Of a stretch of DNA of 64,000 nt, positions 37,970-49,161 are shown piece by piece. The notes beneath the pieces are model-generated. The model saw nothing but the letters and a program-made list of their open reading frames with translations, searched no databases and was not told the DNA's origin. Each line of letters begins with the position of its first letter. Position 1 is the stretch's first letter. The position numbers were made by a program, and so were the translations under genes. The DNA is taken from IMG/VR virus record IMGVR_UViG_3300006793_000020; one strand, written 5' to 3'. Source of the stretch: an uncultured virus (IMG/VR IMGVR_UViG_3300006793_000020). Taxonomy: Duplodnaviria; Heunggongvirae; Uroviricota; Caudoviricetes.

Positions 37970-38949
37970 TGTCAAATATGGTTAGTATTAATGAGTTTGA
38001 TATAATTTACATCAGTTACGACGAACCAAATGCTGATGAAAATTATGCAGACTTGTTGGATAAATGTCCATGGGCTAAACGAAGCCATGGTGTATGGGGT
38101 AGTGATGCCGCACACAAAGCAGCAGCCGCAATGAGTGAAACAGAACGTTTTATTACCATTGATGCTGATAATATAGTAAACGATGATTTTTTTAATGTTG
38201 AGTTAGACATGGATAAAATTGAACAAAATCATGTTATTAGCTTTGCTGCAAAAAATAAAGTTAACGGATTAGTATATGGTAATGGTGGCATCAAAATGTG
38301 GCCAGTTGACGTTGTTAATCGTATGCGTACACATGAAGCGGCACCAGCAACAGACAAAAGAGCACAAGTAGACTTTTGTTGGAATATCCAATACATTCAA
38401 ATGAATAACTGGCATAGTTGGGTATATAATAATGGTAGCCCACTACAAGCCTGGCGTGCTGGATTTAGAGAAGGTGTTAAGATGGGACTAGAGAACGGTG
38501 ACGTTGTTGATCCTGCTAAAATTAAAAACATCTATCGTGAAAATTATCGTCGTTTAATGGTATGGATGACCATTGGTGAAGATGCACCCAACGGTCTTTG
38601 GGCAATTTATGGTGCACGACTTGGTTGTCATATGACAAATGTGTTACGGCATGAATGGGATTGGAAAAATGTTAGGGACTTTGATTGGTTAACAAAATAC
38701 TTTGAAGATGAACTAGCACCACAGTTTGCTGATGGTGTAGAGCTATGTCCACGTACTGGATACAGTTGGGATAAAGATAAACTAAAAGCAAAAACTATAG
38801 AACTGGGTAAAGAGTTACGTAGTACACTTGATTTAGAGATAGCAGATGTTGGTGCTGAAGGTTCACGTTTCTGGAAAACAGTTTATCGTAACCCAAGTAG
38901 ACTTGGTGCAATGGTACGTGAAGACCAAGTACAAGATACTATTGACTGA
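37969..38949 (+). CDS. Glycosyltransferase-like protein
   Basis: ISYDEPNAD, FITIDAD DxD, YGNGGIK, AWRAGFREGVKM. Confidence 0.6.
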   Translation: MSNMVSINEFDIIYISYDEPNADENYADLLDKCPWAKRSHGVWGSDAAHKAAAAMSETERFITIDADNIVNDDFFNVELDMDKIEQNHVISFAAKNKVNGLVYGNGGIKMWPVDVVNRMRTHEAAPATDKRAQVDFCWNIQYIQMNNWHSWVYNNGSPLQAWRAGFREGVKMGLENGDVVDPAKIKNIYRENYRRLMVWMTIGEDAPNGLWAIYGARLGCHMTNVLRHEWDWKNVRDFDWLTKYFEDELAPQFADGVELCPRTGYSWDKDKLKAKTIELGKELRSTLDLEIADVGAEGSRFWKTVYRNPSRLGAMVREDQVQDTID

Positions 38950-38970
38950 AGATAGAGAGTGTGTTATAAT
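38942..38970 (+). promoter_or_regulatory. Near-consensus sigma70 promoter heading the radical SAM run
   Basis: TTGACT (38942-47), 17 nt, TATAAT (38965-70) with extended TG; ATG at 38976, no RBS. Confidence 0.8.
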
Positions 38971-38975
38971 AATAT

Positions 38976-40445
38976 ATGAGCGATGACGTAGAAATTGTAA
39001 ACTATGAGCTTGATCCAGATCCGGAAACAGCAGCAGAGTTAGTAAAACCAAAACTAGATAAAATTAGCCCTACCATGTGTATGGCTAAGTGGTTGTGGAC
39101 TAGTGTTCACTTAACCAACGGAACAACTAATAGTTGTTTCCTTCCTCCTATTCACAAAATTGAAGTTGAAAATATTACAGATAACCCAAAAGGGTTACAC
39201 AATACTCCACAGAAAAAAGAACAACGGCAGATGATGCTAGACGGCGAACAGCCTGATGGGTGTAGCTACTGTTGGAATATTGAAAAGATGGATAGATCCT
39301 TTAACAGTGATAGACATTATCGCAGTAGTGAGCCTTGGGCACAAGCTGGATGGGATGATGTATTGGAAAAAGGTGCTGATGGCGACATTGAACCTCGCTT
39401 CATGGAAGTTAACTTTAACCACGCTTGTAACTTAGCATGTAGTTATTGTAGTCCACATTTAAGTAGTAAGTGGGCAGAAGATATTGAGCAGAATGGTCCT
39501 TATGATACTATTGTTCCTCATAATAGTATTGACTATTTCAAGCAAATTGGACAGTATCCTATTCCAAACCGTGAACATAATCCATATGTAGAAGCGTTTT
39601 GGGAATGGTGGCCTGAACTATACCCTAAACTTCAGAACTTCCGTATGACAGGCGGTGAGCCGCTTATGGATAAAAATACATTCCGTGTACTTGACTATGT
39701 AATTGATAACGGTCGTCCAGACCTTGAAATGGCTGTCACTACAAACGCTAGTGTACCTGATAAGTTATGGGACAAGTTTGTAGACAAAGTAAGTTTTATC
39801 AGCGAGTACAACAAACTGAAACGCTTTAGAGCATTTGTTAGTGTAGACGGTTGGGGCGATCAAGCAGAGTATATGCGGCACGGACTAGATTTTGACCGTA
39901 TGTGGAATAACGTAAATAATTATCTAACCAGAGTAGATGAAGGACTTGTTACGTTTATTGTCACATTCAACATGCTTAGTTTGCCAAGTATTAAAAAGTT
40001 ACTTGAAGGCATACTAGAACTACAGCGTATACATAATGTAACTAAAAGTAGACGAGATGCTGACGGAAACATTGTAGTGTATGGACACCACAAAGTGTTT
40101 ATTGATACACCAATGTTGCGTTATCCGCTTTGGCAGAGTTTACAACTAACACCAGAAAGCCATTGGCATTATGCAGATGAGGCACTTGAATTTATGAAAG
40201 CAAATATTGACAAGCATCGTGATAGCCGTTGGGTAGGGTTTAAACCACACCAGATTGAGCGATTTGATCGCAGTATTGAATTTATGAAACAAGGATTTGA
40301 TACTGATGAGCAACGTGAAGAAGCTGAAGAAAACTTTGTAAGATTTTTTGATGATCACGATAGACGAAGAGATACTAGTATATTAGATACCTTCCCTGAG
40401 TTTAGTGAACAATACCACGAATGGAAAGACAAATACAATGTATAA
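38976..40445 (+). CDS. Radical SAM protein with N-terminal Twitch-like domain
   Basis: CNLACSYC, TGGEP; N-terminal CMAKW...SC...CSYCW. Confidence 0.92.
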   Translation: MSDDVEIVNYELDPDPETAAELVKPKLDKISPTMCMAKWLWTSVHLTNGTTNSCFLPPIHKIEVENITDNPKGLHNTPQKKEQRQMMLDGEQPDGCSYCWNIEKMDRSFNSDRHYRSSEPWAQAGWDDVLEKGADGDIEPRFMEVNFNHACNLACSYCSPHLSSKWAEDIEQNGPYDTIVPHNSIDYFKQIGQYPIPNREHNPYVEAFWEWWPELYPKLQNFRMTGGEPLMDKNTFRVLDYVIDNGRPDLEMAVTTNASVPDKLWDKFVDKVSFISEYNKLKRFRAFVSVDGWGDQAEYMRHGLDFDRMWNNVNNYLTRVDEGLVTFIVTFNMLSLPSIKKLLEGILELQRIHNVTKSRRDADGNIVVYGHHKVFIDTPMLRYPLWQSLQLTPESHWHYADEALEFMKANIDKHRDSRWVGFKPHQIERFDRSIEFMKQGFDTDEQREEAEENFVRFFDDHDRRRDTSILDTFPEFSEQYHEWKDKYNV

Positions 40446-42126
40446 GAATATAGATTACCTAGACGAACGAGAAAATATGAAAAAAGTATACGGCTGTGAT
40501 AGCATGTGTACTGCAAAATTTCTTACAAGTACGTTGTATCTACAAAGCGGCCACACACACAGTTGTTATCATCCGCTACCACATAAAATACCACTAGAAG
40601 AAATTAAAGACAATCCAAGTGCATTGCACAATACAAAACATAAGATTGCTAGACGTAAACAAATGCTTAACGGCGAACGTCCTGATGAGTGTAATTATTG
40701 TTGGCGTGTTGAAGATATTGACGACAATCAAATTAGTGACCGTGTTATCAAAAGTAAAAACGAACTGTTACTTACACCAGATGCACATGAAATGATCTTG
40801 GAAAACGGATGGGATCATAACTATAGACCAACATACTTGGAAATTAGTTTTGGTAACGAATGTAACATGAAGTGTGCCTATTGTCATCCTAAAGCAAGTA
40901 GTGCATGGAAAAAAGAGATGGACAAGGAAGGGCTTTTCCCTGAAGCACCACACTTACAAGTACAGCACGAAAAAATCTATGCAGAGGATGATAACCCGTA
41001 TGTTGACGCTTTTTGGAAATGGTGGCCTTACTTACGTAAAACACTTAAGGTAATTCGCATTACAGGCGGCGAGCCATTACTACAACAAAACGTTTGGAAG
41101 TTTTTAAAGAAACTACAACAAACAGGCGAGTGTAGTGAAATGGTTTTGCAAATTAATACCAACTTAAATATCAAAACTAAACTAGTAGAGAGAATGTGTG
41201 ACCAGGTTAATGAGCTGTTGCACGATGAGAAAATTAAACGTTTCCAGATTTTTAGTAGTATTGAAAGTTGGGGCGATAGAGCATCATATACACGTAGTGG
41301 TTTAGACTTGGGATTGTTTGAAGCAAACATTAATGCAATTATGGACAAGATGGGTCACCATCATGTTGATGACTTTAATGGAATCCAGATTATGAACACA
41401 TATAACATTATGTGTGTAACAAGCTACATCAGCTTCCTTGAGAAAATACTGGAATGGCGCCGTAAGTTTCAGAGACCTGGTATGGAATATCCAAAGATTA
41501 TGTTTGATATTCCTCATTGTACTGAGCCTAACCATTGGACACTAGTTGGACTTCCTGACGCATTTAATGAGTATATTGACTTAACAACAGATTTTATGGA
41601 TCGATGGAAGTGGAAAGCAAACTGGCATAAGTATCCAAAAGAGGATCACAACAAACAATATCATATGTACTTTAGCGATGAAGAAGTACGTGCATGGTCT
41701 AGAGTACAAGCAATGTGGAAAACTATTTGTGACAAACGTAACCGTGTACAAACAGATGCATATCTTGAACCAAGAGAAATTGATGATGCTAGACGTAACT
41801 GGTACTTGTTTATTAAATCAACTGATGCAAGACGTAATACAGACTTCAAGGAGATTTTTCCTGAGATGGTTGAATATTATGATATGTGTGCTACACTATA
41901 TGATATTTCTGAGATGGAATATAATCGTAAATGCAAGGAAGAACTATTAAAAGATGAACCAGTTGATTTTCATTGGGATGATGATTTTGTTTGGCATCAT
42001 CCTGGACTAGCAAAGAGCTTGATTAACTATAGAAAGATTAGGAATATACCTACCAGAATGTACAGTGAAGATAATTTAGTAGGTGCATTTGGAAAATTTG
42101 ATGAAGAAGAAACCGCTGATGAATGA
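40438..42126 (+). CDS. Radical SAM protein with N-terminal Twitch-like domain
   Basis: CNMKCAYC, TGGEP; CTAKF...SC...CNYCW; start placed at ATG 40438. Confidence 0.92.
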   Translation: MYKNIDYLDERENMKKVYGCDSMCTAKFLTSTLYLQSGHTHSCYHPLPHKIPLEEIKDNPSALHNTKHKIARRKQMLNGERPDECNYCWRVEDIDDNQISDRVIKSKNELLLTPDAHEMILENGWDHNYRPTYLEISFGNECNMKCAYCHPKASSAWKKEMDKEGLFPEAPHLQVQHEKIYAEDDNPYVDAFWKWWPYLRKTLKVIRITGGEPLLQQNVWKFLKKLQQTGECSEMVLQINTNLNIKTKLVERMCDQVNELLHDEKIKRFQIFSSIESWGDRASYTRSGLDLGLFEANINAIMDKMGHHHVDDFNGIQIMNTYNIMCVTSYISFLEKILEWRRKFQRPGMEYPKIMFDIPHCTEPNHWTLVGLPDAFNEYIDLTTDFMDRWKWKANWHKYPKEDHNKQYHMYFSDEEVRAWSRVQAMWKTICDKRNRVQTDAYLEPREIDDARRNWYLFIKSTDARRNTDFKEIFPEMVEYYDMCATLYDISEMEYNRKCKEELLKDEPVDFHWDDDFVWHHPGLAKSLINYRKIRNIPTRMYSEDNLVGAFGKFDEEETADE

Positions 42127-43405
42127 AGACCATTTACTAAACGATAGTAAGTTTTTTTGTATGGCGCCTTGGGTCACTATGCATTTTTGGCCAAGTGGAC
42201 AGGCGTTTCCTTGTTGCGTAATACTTCCTGAAAGCAATAATCTTTCCGACGAATTTATGGGAAATTTAAACGACAATAGCATTGGTGAACTTTGGAACAC
42301 TGAACAAATGCGAGAGTTGCGCCGTAATATGATGGCAGATAAACCCAGCCGGGCATGTAGACGTTGCTATCAACAGGAAAAAGATGCAGATATTAGAACA
42401 CTACGTATAAGTCTAAATGAAGACTTTGGCGATATGTTTGATCGTGTTAAAGACACACATGCAGATGGATCGCATGATGACCCACGCTTTTACTACTGGG
42501 ACGTAAGATTTAATAACTTGTGTAACCTACGCTGTTTAAGTTGTGGTCCACAGTTTAGTAGTAGTTGGATTAACGATGCTAAAAAGGCATGGAACTACAA
42601 AGAGCCTGCACTATTAGAGTTACCTAAAACATTCTGGGACGATGCACTGCCTGCAATTCAGGAAGTACGCCACGCATACTTTGCTGGAGGCGAACCATTA
42701 ATTACAGCAGAGCATTATAAAATGTTAGATACTTGGTTAGAGTGGGGCAACACTGATGTAAATATTAGTTATACAACCAACTTTACTAAAACACATTTGG
42801 GTAAAAAGCGAGTGTTTGACTACTGGAATAAGTTTACAAATGTTAACGTTGGTGCCAGTTTGGATGATAATTGGGAACGTGCAGAATACTTGCGTAAAGA
42901 TACTATCTGGACAGATGTTGTAAAGAATCGGCGTGAAATGATAGCTGAGTGTCCTGATACTAGGTTCTTTATTAGTAGTACTATTAGTGCTTACAATGTA
43001 CTGCATTGGCCAGACTTTCATCGTGAATGGATTGAAGAAGGACTAGTTAGTGTTAACAGTTTAAACTTAACTATCTTAACACATCCTGAACGTTTAAGTA
43101 TACAAATCTTGCCAGAAGATTATAAAAGACAAGTAGCCAAAAAGTGGGAAAAACATATTGAATGGATTGAAGATCTACGCAAAAAACAAAACCCAGACTG
43201 GCAACATGATTCAAATAACCTACAGGGTATTATTAAGTTTATGTATGCTGACAATACCTTTGATACAAAATTTAACGAGTTTCTGTGGAACACAAAAGAA
43301 TTTGATACGATTAGAAACAATGATGCATATAAAGCATACCCAGAGTTAGAACAATTAAAAAAATATGAGATAATGCCAGATGACCCAAGATATAGAATCG
43401 CCTAA
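42119..43405 (+). CDS. Radical SAM protein with N-terminal Twitch-like domain
   Basis: CNLRCLSC, AGGEP; CMAPW...PCC...CRRCY; start placed at ATG 42119. Confidence 0.92.
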   Translation: MNEDHLLNDSKFFCMAPWVTMHFWPSGQAFPCCVILPESNNLSDEFMGNLNDNSIGELWNTEQMRELRRNMMADKPSRACRRCYQQEKDADIRTLRISLNEDFGDMFDRVKDTHADGSHDDPRFYYWDVRFNNLCNLRCLSCGPQFSSSWINDAKKAWNYKEPALLELPKTFWDDALPAIQEVRHAYFAGGEPLITAEHYKMLDTWLEWGNTDVNISYTTNFTKTHLGKKRVFDYWNKFTNVNVGASLDDNWERAEYLRKDTIWTDVVKNRREMIAECPDTRFFISSTISAYNVLHWPDFHREWIEEGLVSVNSLNLTILTHPERLSIQILPEDYKRQVAKKWEKHIEWIEDLRKKQNPDWQHDSNNLQGIIKFMYADNTFDTKFNEFLWNTKEFDTIRNNDAYKAYPELEQLKKYEIMPDDPRYRIA

Positions 43406-44675
43406 TCCACTATTAACTGACAGTAAAGTATTCTGCATGGCACCATGGATACATATGCATGTATGGCCAAATGGTAGAACTTTCCCTTGTTGTTTAGCTG
43501 AACATAATGACGGTAACGATTATGGAAATACTAATACACATACTCTTGAAGAGTTGTGGAACAGTGACCTAGCTAAAAAGCTTCGTACAAACATGCTAAA
43601 TGGTAAAGCTAGTAATGCATGTAACCGTTGTTATGAACTTGAAAACGATAGTAACGCATATACACTTCGTAAAAATATGAACAATCGTTTTGCACATCAG
43701 TTCTGGCGTACAAAAGATACACATGCGGACGGGCAATATGATGATATCAATCTTACATACATGGACTTCCGTTTTAGTAACTTGTGTAATATGAGTTGCC
43801 GTAGTTGTAGCCCAACATTTAGTACCAGTTGGTTTGATGATTTTGTTAAAGAGTTTGGCGCTGTGCCTAAAGATGTTGCAGAGCAAAAATTTATACAACT
43901 TAAAAATAAACCAGGCTTCCTAGAAGAACTACGCCCGTATTTGGATACAGTAGAAGAAGTATACTGGGCAGGTGGAGAACCACTAATAACAGACATGCAC
44001 TGGGAAATTATGAACCACTGGGTTGAAACTGGTCATGCACAAAATGTTAGTGTGTTATATACTACAAACTTTAGCCAGCTTACATATAAAAAACAACATG
44101 TATTTGATTTGTGGAAACAATTTAAGCAAGTTAAAGTAAGTGCTAGCTTAGACGCAATGGGAACACATGGTGAGTATATACGCAAAGGTACTATTTGGTC
44201 AGACATTGAAGCAAATAGACAAGCAATGCTAGATGATCCAGAACTTACACATATTGAGTTTGATTTGTGCCCTACACTTAGTTTAATGAACGTACTACAT
44301 TTCCCAGACTTTCATGAAGATTGGGTAAGAAAAGGATTTATTCCGCCAGGTGAGATAAGGTTAAATAACTTGCTGGACCCAAAGTTCTTGAGTATGCAAG
44401 CATTGCCAAATGATTACAAAATAAAAGTAACCCAACGATGGGAGGAACATCTTGCATGGTTAGACAAACAGGAAAACTTTATTCCTGATCATTGGCCTGC
44501 TAATCAGTTTGTTAGTAGCGCAGAGGGACTATTAAACTTTATGAATACAACAGACCGCACCAGTGAGTTGCCAGATACGATTAAAGAATTTGAACGTTGG
44601 GACCGTATTAGAAATGAAAATTGGCAGGAAGCACTGCCAGAATTATTGTGTATAGGAGAATATCGTGAGCAGTAA
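43380..44675 (+). CDS. Radical SAM protein with N-terminal Twitch-like domain
   Basis: CNMSCRSC, AGGEP; CMAPW...PCC...CNRCY. Confidence 0.92.
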   Translation: MTQDIESPNPLLTDSKVFCMAPWIHMHVWPNGRTFPCCLAEHNDGNDYGNTNTHTLEELWNSDLAKKLRTNMLNGKASNACNRCYELENDSNAYTLRKNMNNRFAHQFWRTKDTHADGQYDDINLTYMDFRFSNLCNMSCRSCSPTFSTSWFDDFVKEFGAVPKDVAEQKFIQLKNKPGFLEELRPYLDTVEEVYWAGGEPLITDMHWEIMNHWVETGHAQNVSVLYTTNFSQLTYKKQHVFDLWKQFKQVKVSASLDAMGTHGEYIRKGTIWSDIEANRQAMLDDPELTHIEFDLCPTLSLMNVLHFPDFHEDWVRKGFIPPGEIRLNNLLDPKFLSMQALPNDYKIKVTQRWEEHLAWLDKQENFIPDHWPANQFVSSAEGLLNFMNTTDRTSELPDTIKEFERWDRIRNENWQEALPELLCIGEYREQ

Positions 44676-45948
44676 TACATATTGTTTATACCCGTTTACT
44701 AACTTAAACAGTAACACTGAAGGCAGTGTTAAGTTGTGTTGTAGTATTAATGAAAATATCCACGCAACTGGCGGTGATGGACAAGAACTAAACTTTGGTA
44801 CTCATAGTGTTGAAGAGATTTGGAATAGTGACTACATGGTGAACGTTCGTAAACAAATGCTCAAGGGGGAAAGACCGTCAGCATGTGATGTATGTTGGAA
44901 ACTAGAAGATAGTGGTATCCAAAGCTCAAGACAAAGTGCATTTGGTGAGCTTAAAGATTGGGCTGTGCCTAAAGAATATCAAACTAGCAACCCCCCATTG
45001 CCACAGAGCTTAGAACTTCGTTTGGGAAATTTTTGTAACCTACGTTGTAATAGTTGCTGGGCACTTAGTAGTGATAGAGTTGCAGATGAAAGACGTCTTA
45101 TACAGCGTAAAGATGATAATATGCCGTTCTGGTTACGTAAAGAATGGGATCATGAGTTAAAGCTAGATGAACAAGCTAACTGGCGTTGGTGGGAAAGTGA
45201 TGAGTTTGTTAAGAGTATTAAAAAACTTGCACCCAAACTTAAACGACTATACCTAACTGGAGGCGAACCAACTCTAATCAAACGTAATATTGAAATCATG
45301 CAAATGATACTTGACAGTGGCAACACAGACTGTTATATTGCACTTACAACAAACCTAACACAGTGGAACGAGATATTTTATAATACAATGTCACGCTTTA
45401 AAAATGGCGAGATACAGATTAGTATTGATCATATTTACGATAAAAACGAATATATTAGGTACCCAACTAAATGGGAAAACATTGAAAGAAATATTTTAAA
45501 AATATACGATGCATTTCCTCAAAGTTGGAAGATCAAACATTACACAGTGTTTCAAACTTATAACTACGATGCTATACCACAAGTACTTGATTGGGTACAC
45601 AATCACCGTAGCTGGTATGATAGTAAAGAAAAGAACAGACTTTACATTTGGAGCCCAATTATGTTAGATAGTCCTAGTTATTTGGATGTCAGGATCGTAC
45701 AACCTGAGATACGTGCAAAAGCAGTTGCGGCATTAAAGTCATACGAGCCTAGTCACAATGTACCAAATATCTGGTATCAACATGGGATAGAACAAGCAAT
45801 TAAAAGACTAGAAGATAATTCACTAAGTGAAGAATATTGTGCTGAAAAACGACAGCATTTTAGAGAGTTTAGTGACACTATGGACCGTCATCGTGGCACC
45901 AAATGGTATGATACTTTCCACAATATTGCGTTTGAGGTTCTAACGTAA
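44665..45948 (+). CDS. Radical SAM protein with N-terminal Twitch-like domain
   Basis: CNLRCNSC, TGGEP; CLYPF...LCC...CDVCW; GTG start with AGGAG. Confidence 0.92.
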   Translation: MSSNTYCLYPFTNLNSNTEGSVKLCCSINENIHATGGDGQELNFGTHSVEEIWNSDYMVNVRKQMLKGERPSACDVCWKLEDSGIQSSRQSAFGELKDWAVPKEYQTSNPPLPQSLELRLGNFCNLRCNSCWALSSDRVADERRLIQRKDDNMPFWLRKEWDHELKLDEQANWRWWESDEFVKSIKKLAPKLKRLYLTGGEPTLIKRNIEIMQMILDSGNTDCYIALTTNLTQWNEIFYNTMSRFKNGEIQISIDHIYDKNEYIRYPTKWENIERNILKIYDAFPQSWKIKHYTVFQTYNYDAIPQVLDWVHNHRSWYDSKEKNRLYIWSPIMLDSPSYLDVRIVQPEIRAKAVAALKSYEPSHNVPNIWYQHGIEQAIKRLEDNSLSEEYCAEKRQHFREFSDTMDRHRGTKWYDTFHNIAFEVLT

Positions 45949-48161
45949 TGAGTCAAGAAGATCAAGGTATTGCATGGTACAGACTACAGCAGAAAAAACG
46001 AAGAGACCCGCCTACTAGGGAAGAGGGTACTTATTTAGAAGACCGCAGCACTGCTACACAGAAGATTATGGAAAAATGGAGTAAAGGACCACAAAAAGGT
46101 CTGGCTCCTGTTGAGATTGAGTATAATATCAGTCGACAAACTAAGTTATGTCTGCTTATGTGTCCGGAATGGGATCCAGGTTTTCCGCATTATGGTATTG
46201 CTAAACTTGCAGGTGTAACCAATACAGCAGGGTTTGAAACAAAGTGTTTTGACTTAAATGTAGAAGCATACAGGGCATTTTGGGACGTTTTTGGCGGAGA
46301 TGATGCCTGGGATATTCATTATGACCCTTGGGACGGCCCACGTGATTGGCACTGGATAGGCGAACAATACTGGAACGAGTTACATGAATATGTAAAGCCA
46401 ATACTTGATAAGGCAGTAGATCAAATGGTAGAGTTTGCGCCAGACTTTTTGGGTGTAAGCCTTTACTACTGTAATGAAGAGCCTACTGATTATATTATTA
46501 AAGCAATTAAAGAACGGTTACCTAACATTAAAATTATTGTAGGTGGTCCTAGTACACACTATAGTTATTTTAAGCCAAAAGACATTTATGATTATGTTGT
46601 TAACGGTGAGGGAGAACGCCCACTGTTAAACATCTTGATGCAACACGAAAAGAAACTAGAAGTTGAAGGCGAAAAATCTGACAACGGAAAAACACTAATA
46701 TTACGTCAAGCAGAAAATGAACGTGTTAGTTTAGATGAACTTCCTTATCCTGATTACAGCAACATGCCCATGGACAAATACAGTTTTCCAAATGGAGCAT
46801 TACTTGCTATTAGTAGAGGATGCATTGCTAAATGTACATTCTGTGAGGAAACACACTATTACAAATACAGACAGCGTACAAGTGTTAGTACACTGGATGA
46901 AGTAATTCATATGCATAATACATATGGAACAAATGTTTTTTACTTTGTTGACAGTTTAGTAAATGGTAATCTAAATGAGCTACGTGCCTTTGCTGAAGGT
47001 GTAATTGCCAGTGGTATAAAAATACACTGGAGTGGTTATTCCAGATGTGACGGACGCATGGATTTAGAATATATGCAAATACTTCGTGACAGTGGATGTG
47101 AAGCTCTTAACTATGGTACAGAAAGTGGTGCACAAGAAGTATTAGATGCCATGGATAAAAAAGTTACAGTGCCAGAAATGGAAGCCAACTTCCGTGATGG
47201 TAAAAAAGTTGGTATTGCTTCAATGACTAACTGGATTGTTGGCTATCCAAATGAAACATATCGTATGTTTGAAGATAGTATGACATTCTTATGGCGGCAA
47301 CGTAATCAAGGATTACTTAATATTGGTCAAGGCACAGGCTTTAGTGTTGGTGTTGATACTATTGTAGGTCAAAACTTTGATAGATTTAATTTAAAACAAT
47401 GGTATTATTATGATCACTGGATTACCAAAGACGACAAAATGAGTATCGCACACAAACTAATACGTATGAAAACGTTTAGTATGTTTACTGACTTCTTACT
47501 GAGCGAATCAGAGATTGGCCGACCTACTCGTCATAATCTACGTGAACGCCATTACACTATTGAATGGAATGATCCACTAAAGCAAATAGAAATCGAATAT
47601 CCTAATGATGATTTTGATTATGACATAATCAAGCCAGGCATAAGTAATTTTGCAGATAGTTTAGTAAACGAAGTATGGCCACTACTGCACATAATGTGGA
47701 GGACCAGAGGCGGTTATAAACTAAACTTAAAATTTAACTATGAATGGGAATTGGAAGAATGGGGTGCCAGAAATGCAGCACCATTATATGCCAACTATGA
47801 TTTTGAAATTACAGACGATGGACATTGGAAAGCTGACTTTGCTTGGGATTATAGACAAACAGATACAGATTACGAATACAATGACCATGTTTGGCAGGAC
47901 CAAGATGGTAACACCATAATAGATCCAGATACAGTTGGACCAGTGTATACAGTAATGAACTTTTTTGGTGATAACAGCAATGCTGCTACTCGTGCTAGGA
48001 AACTAGCATGGAAAGGCGATCCTAACTTTAAAGGTAAGGATCCGTGGAATGCGTTTGACGCAGAATGGTTTTGGAAAGTTAAACAAGACTTTGCAACGGC
48101 ACGTTATCACGATTATAGTTTTAAATATGACTGGCAAGGCGAAGGAAAATGGGATGAGTGA
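45948..48161 (+). CDS. Cobalamin-binding radical SAM protein (class B methyltransferase-like)
   Basis: B12-binding region (IIVGGP, NGEGE), SRGCIAKCTFC, YGTESG, IVGYPNET. Confidence 0.88.
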   Translation: MSQEDQGIAWYRLQQKKRRDPPTREEGTYLEDRSTATQKIMEKWSKGPQKGLAPVEIEYNISRQTKLCLLMCPEWDPGFPHYGIAKLAGVTNTAGFETKCFDLNVEAYRAFWDVFGGDDAWDIHYDPWDGPRDWHWIGEQYWNELHEYVKPILDKAVDQMVEFAPDFLGVSLYYCNEEPTDYIIKAIKERLPNIKIIVGGPSTHYSYFKPKDIYDYVVNGEGERPLLNILMQHEKKLEVEGEKSDNGKTLILRQAENERVSLDELPYPDYSNMPMDKYSFPNGALLAISRGCIAKCTFCEETHYYKYRQRTSVSTLDEVIHMHNTYGTNVFYFVDSLVNGNLNELRAFAEGVIASGIKIHWSGYSRCDGRMDLEYMQILRDSGCEALNYGTESGAQEVLDAMDKKVTVPEMEANFRDGKKVGIASMTNWIVGYPNETYRMFEDSMTFLWRQRNQGLLNIGQGTGFSVGVDTIVGQNFDRFNLKQWYYYDHWITKDDKMSIAHKLIRMKTFSMFTDFLLSESEIGRPTRHNLRERHYTIEWNDPLKQIEIEYPNDDFDYDIIKPGISNFADSLVNEVWPLLHIMWRTRGGYKLNLKFNYEWELEEWGARNAAPLYANYDFEITDDGHWKADFAWDYRQTDTDYEYNDHVWQDQDGNTIIDPDTVGPVYTVMNFFGDNSNAATRARKLAWKGDPNFKGKDPWNAFDAEWFWKVKQDFATARYHDYSFKYDWQGEGKWDE

Positions 48162-49161
48162 ATTAATAAGAATTGAACAAGGCGGTGAACCGTTTGTAAA
48201 CATCACTTGGCAAGTTAGTAACTTGTGTAACTTTCGTTGTACATACTGTAATGAGTCTAATTGGAACGGAAGTAATCTTAACTTAGATATTGAAGCTATC
48301 AAAGCAGGACTAACTAAACTAATTGACTATGAACTTAGTAGAGGTTATACTAGACTTAAAGTATTCTTTAGCGGCGGCGAGCCTTGTTACTGGAAGCCAC
48401 TAGTGCCTGTAATGGAACATATACTAGCAAGCGGAATGACTGAAGTCAAGTTTGCTGTTAATACCAACCTTAGTAGTAAACGAGCATGGTGGGAAAAGAA
48501 TGTACATTACTTTGATGATGTTGTTGCCAGTTACCATCCTGAATTTGTTGACAGCGACCATTACTTGGAAATTTACAAGTTTTTAAGTGACCGTGTTAAC
48601 TACTTGTGTGGGCGTATGATGATGCATGAGCCCACATGGGACGAAGTTATTGACTTTAGTAAACGAATAAAAACAGAAATGAATGAGCACAATTGGCGTA
48701 TTGAATACGTGCCAATATTTGAAGAGCTTAGTCATACAACACGCCCGTTTAATTATAAAAATCCAGAGCACAAAGAGTTTTTAGAGAAAACTAACTTAGA
48801 GCAAGATATTAAATATAATGTGCCAGCCAAAGCACTTGGTATGGGTAGTATGGAAGTGTACAGTGACGGAACCGAACAGCCTATTAATTGTAATAGATTA
48901 GTAGCAGAAAGTAAAAACTTCTTCAAGGGTTGGAAATGTTTAATACCCATGGAGAGTATCTTTATTAACTGTGAAGGACATATTGATATGGGTAGCTGTG
49001 GTGTTATGCCACGAGTAGGTAACTTGTATGATCCAGAACTAGAGTTAGACTTACCAACAAGCGTAATTTGTCCTAAGACACATTGTCATTGTGGTACAGA
49101 CATTTACATTACAAAATATAAGGATAGAAATTATGAACCATCTAATCAATTTAGCACATGA
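48154..49161 (+). CDS. Radical SAM protein with C-terminal Cys-rich (Twitch/SPASM-like) domain
   Basis: CNFRCTYC, SGGEP; C-terminal WKC...SCG...CPKTHCHC; start placed at ATG 48154. Confidence 0.9.
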   Translation: MSELIRIEQGGEPFVNITWQVSNLCNFRCTYCNESNWNGSNLNLDIEAIKAGLTKLIDYELSRGYTRLKVFFSGGEPCYWKPLVPVMEHILASGMTEVKFAVNTNLSSKRAWWEKNVHYFDDVVASYHPEFVDSDHYLEIYKFLSDRVNYLCGRMMMHEPTWDEVIDFSKRIKTEMNEHNWRIEYVPIFEELSHTTRPFNYKNPEHKEFLEKTNLEQDIKYNVPAKALGMGSMEVYSDGTEQPINCNRLVAESKNFFKGWKCLIPMESIFINCEGHIDMGSCGVMPRVGNLYDPELELDLPTSVICPKTHCHCGTDIYITKYKDRNYEPSNQFST

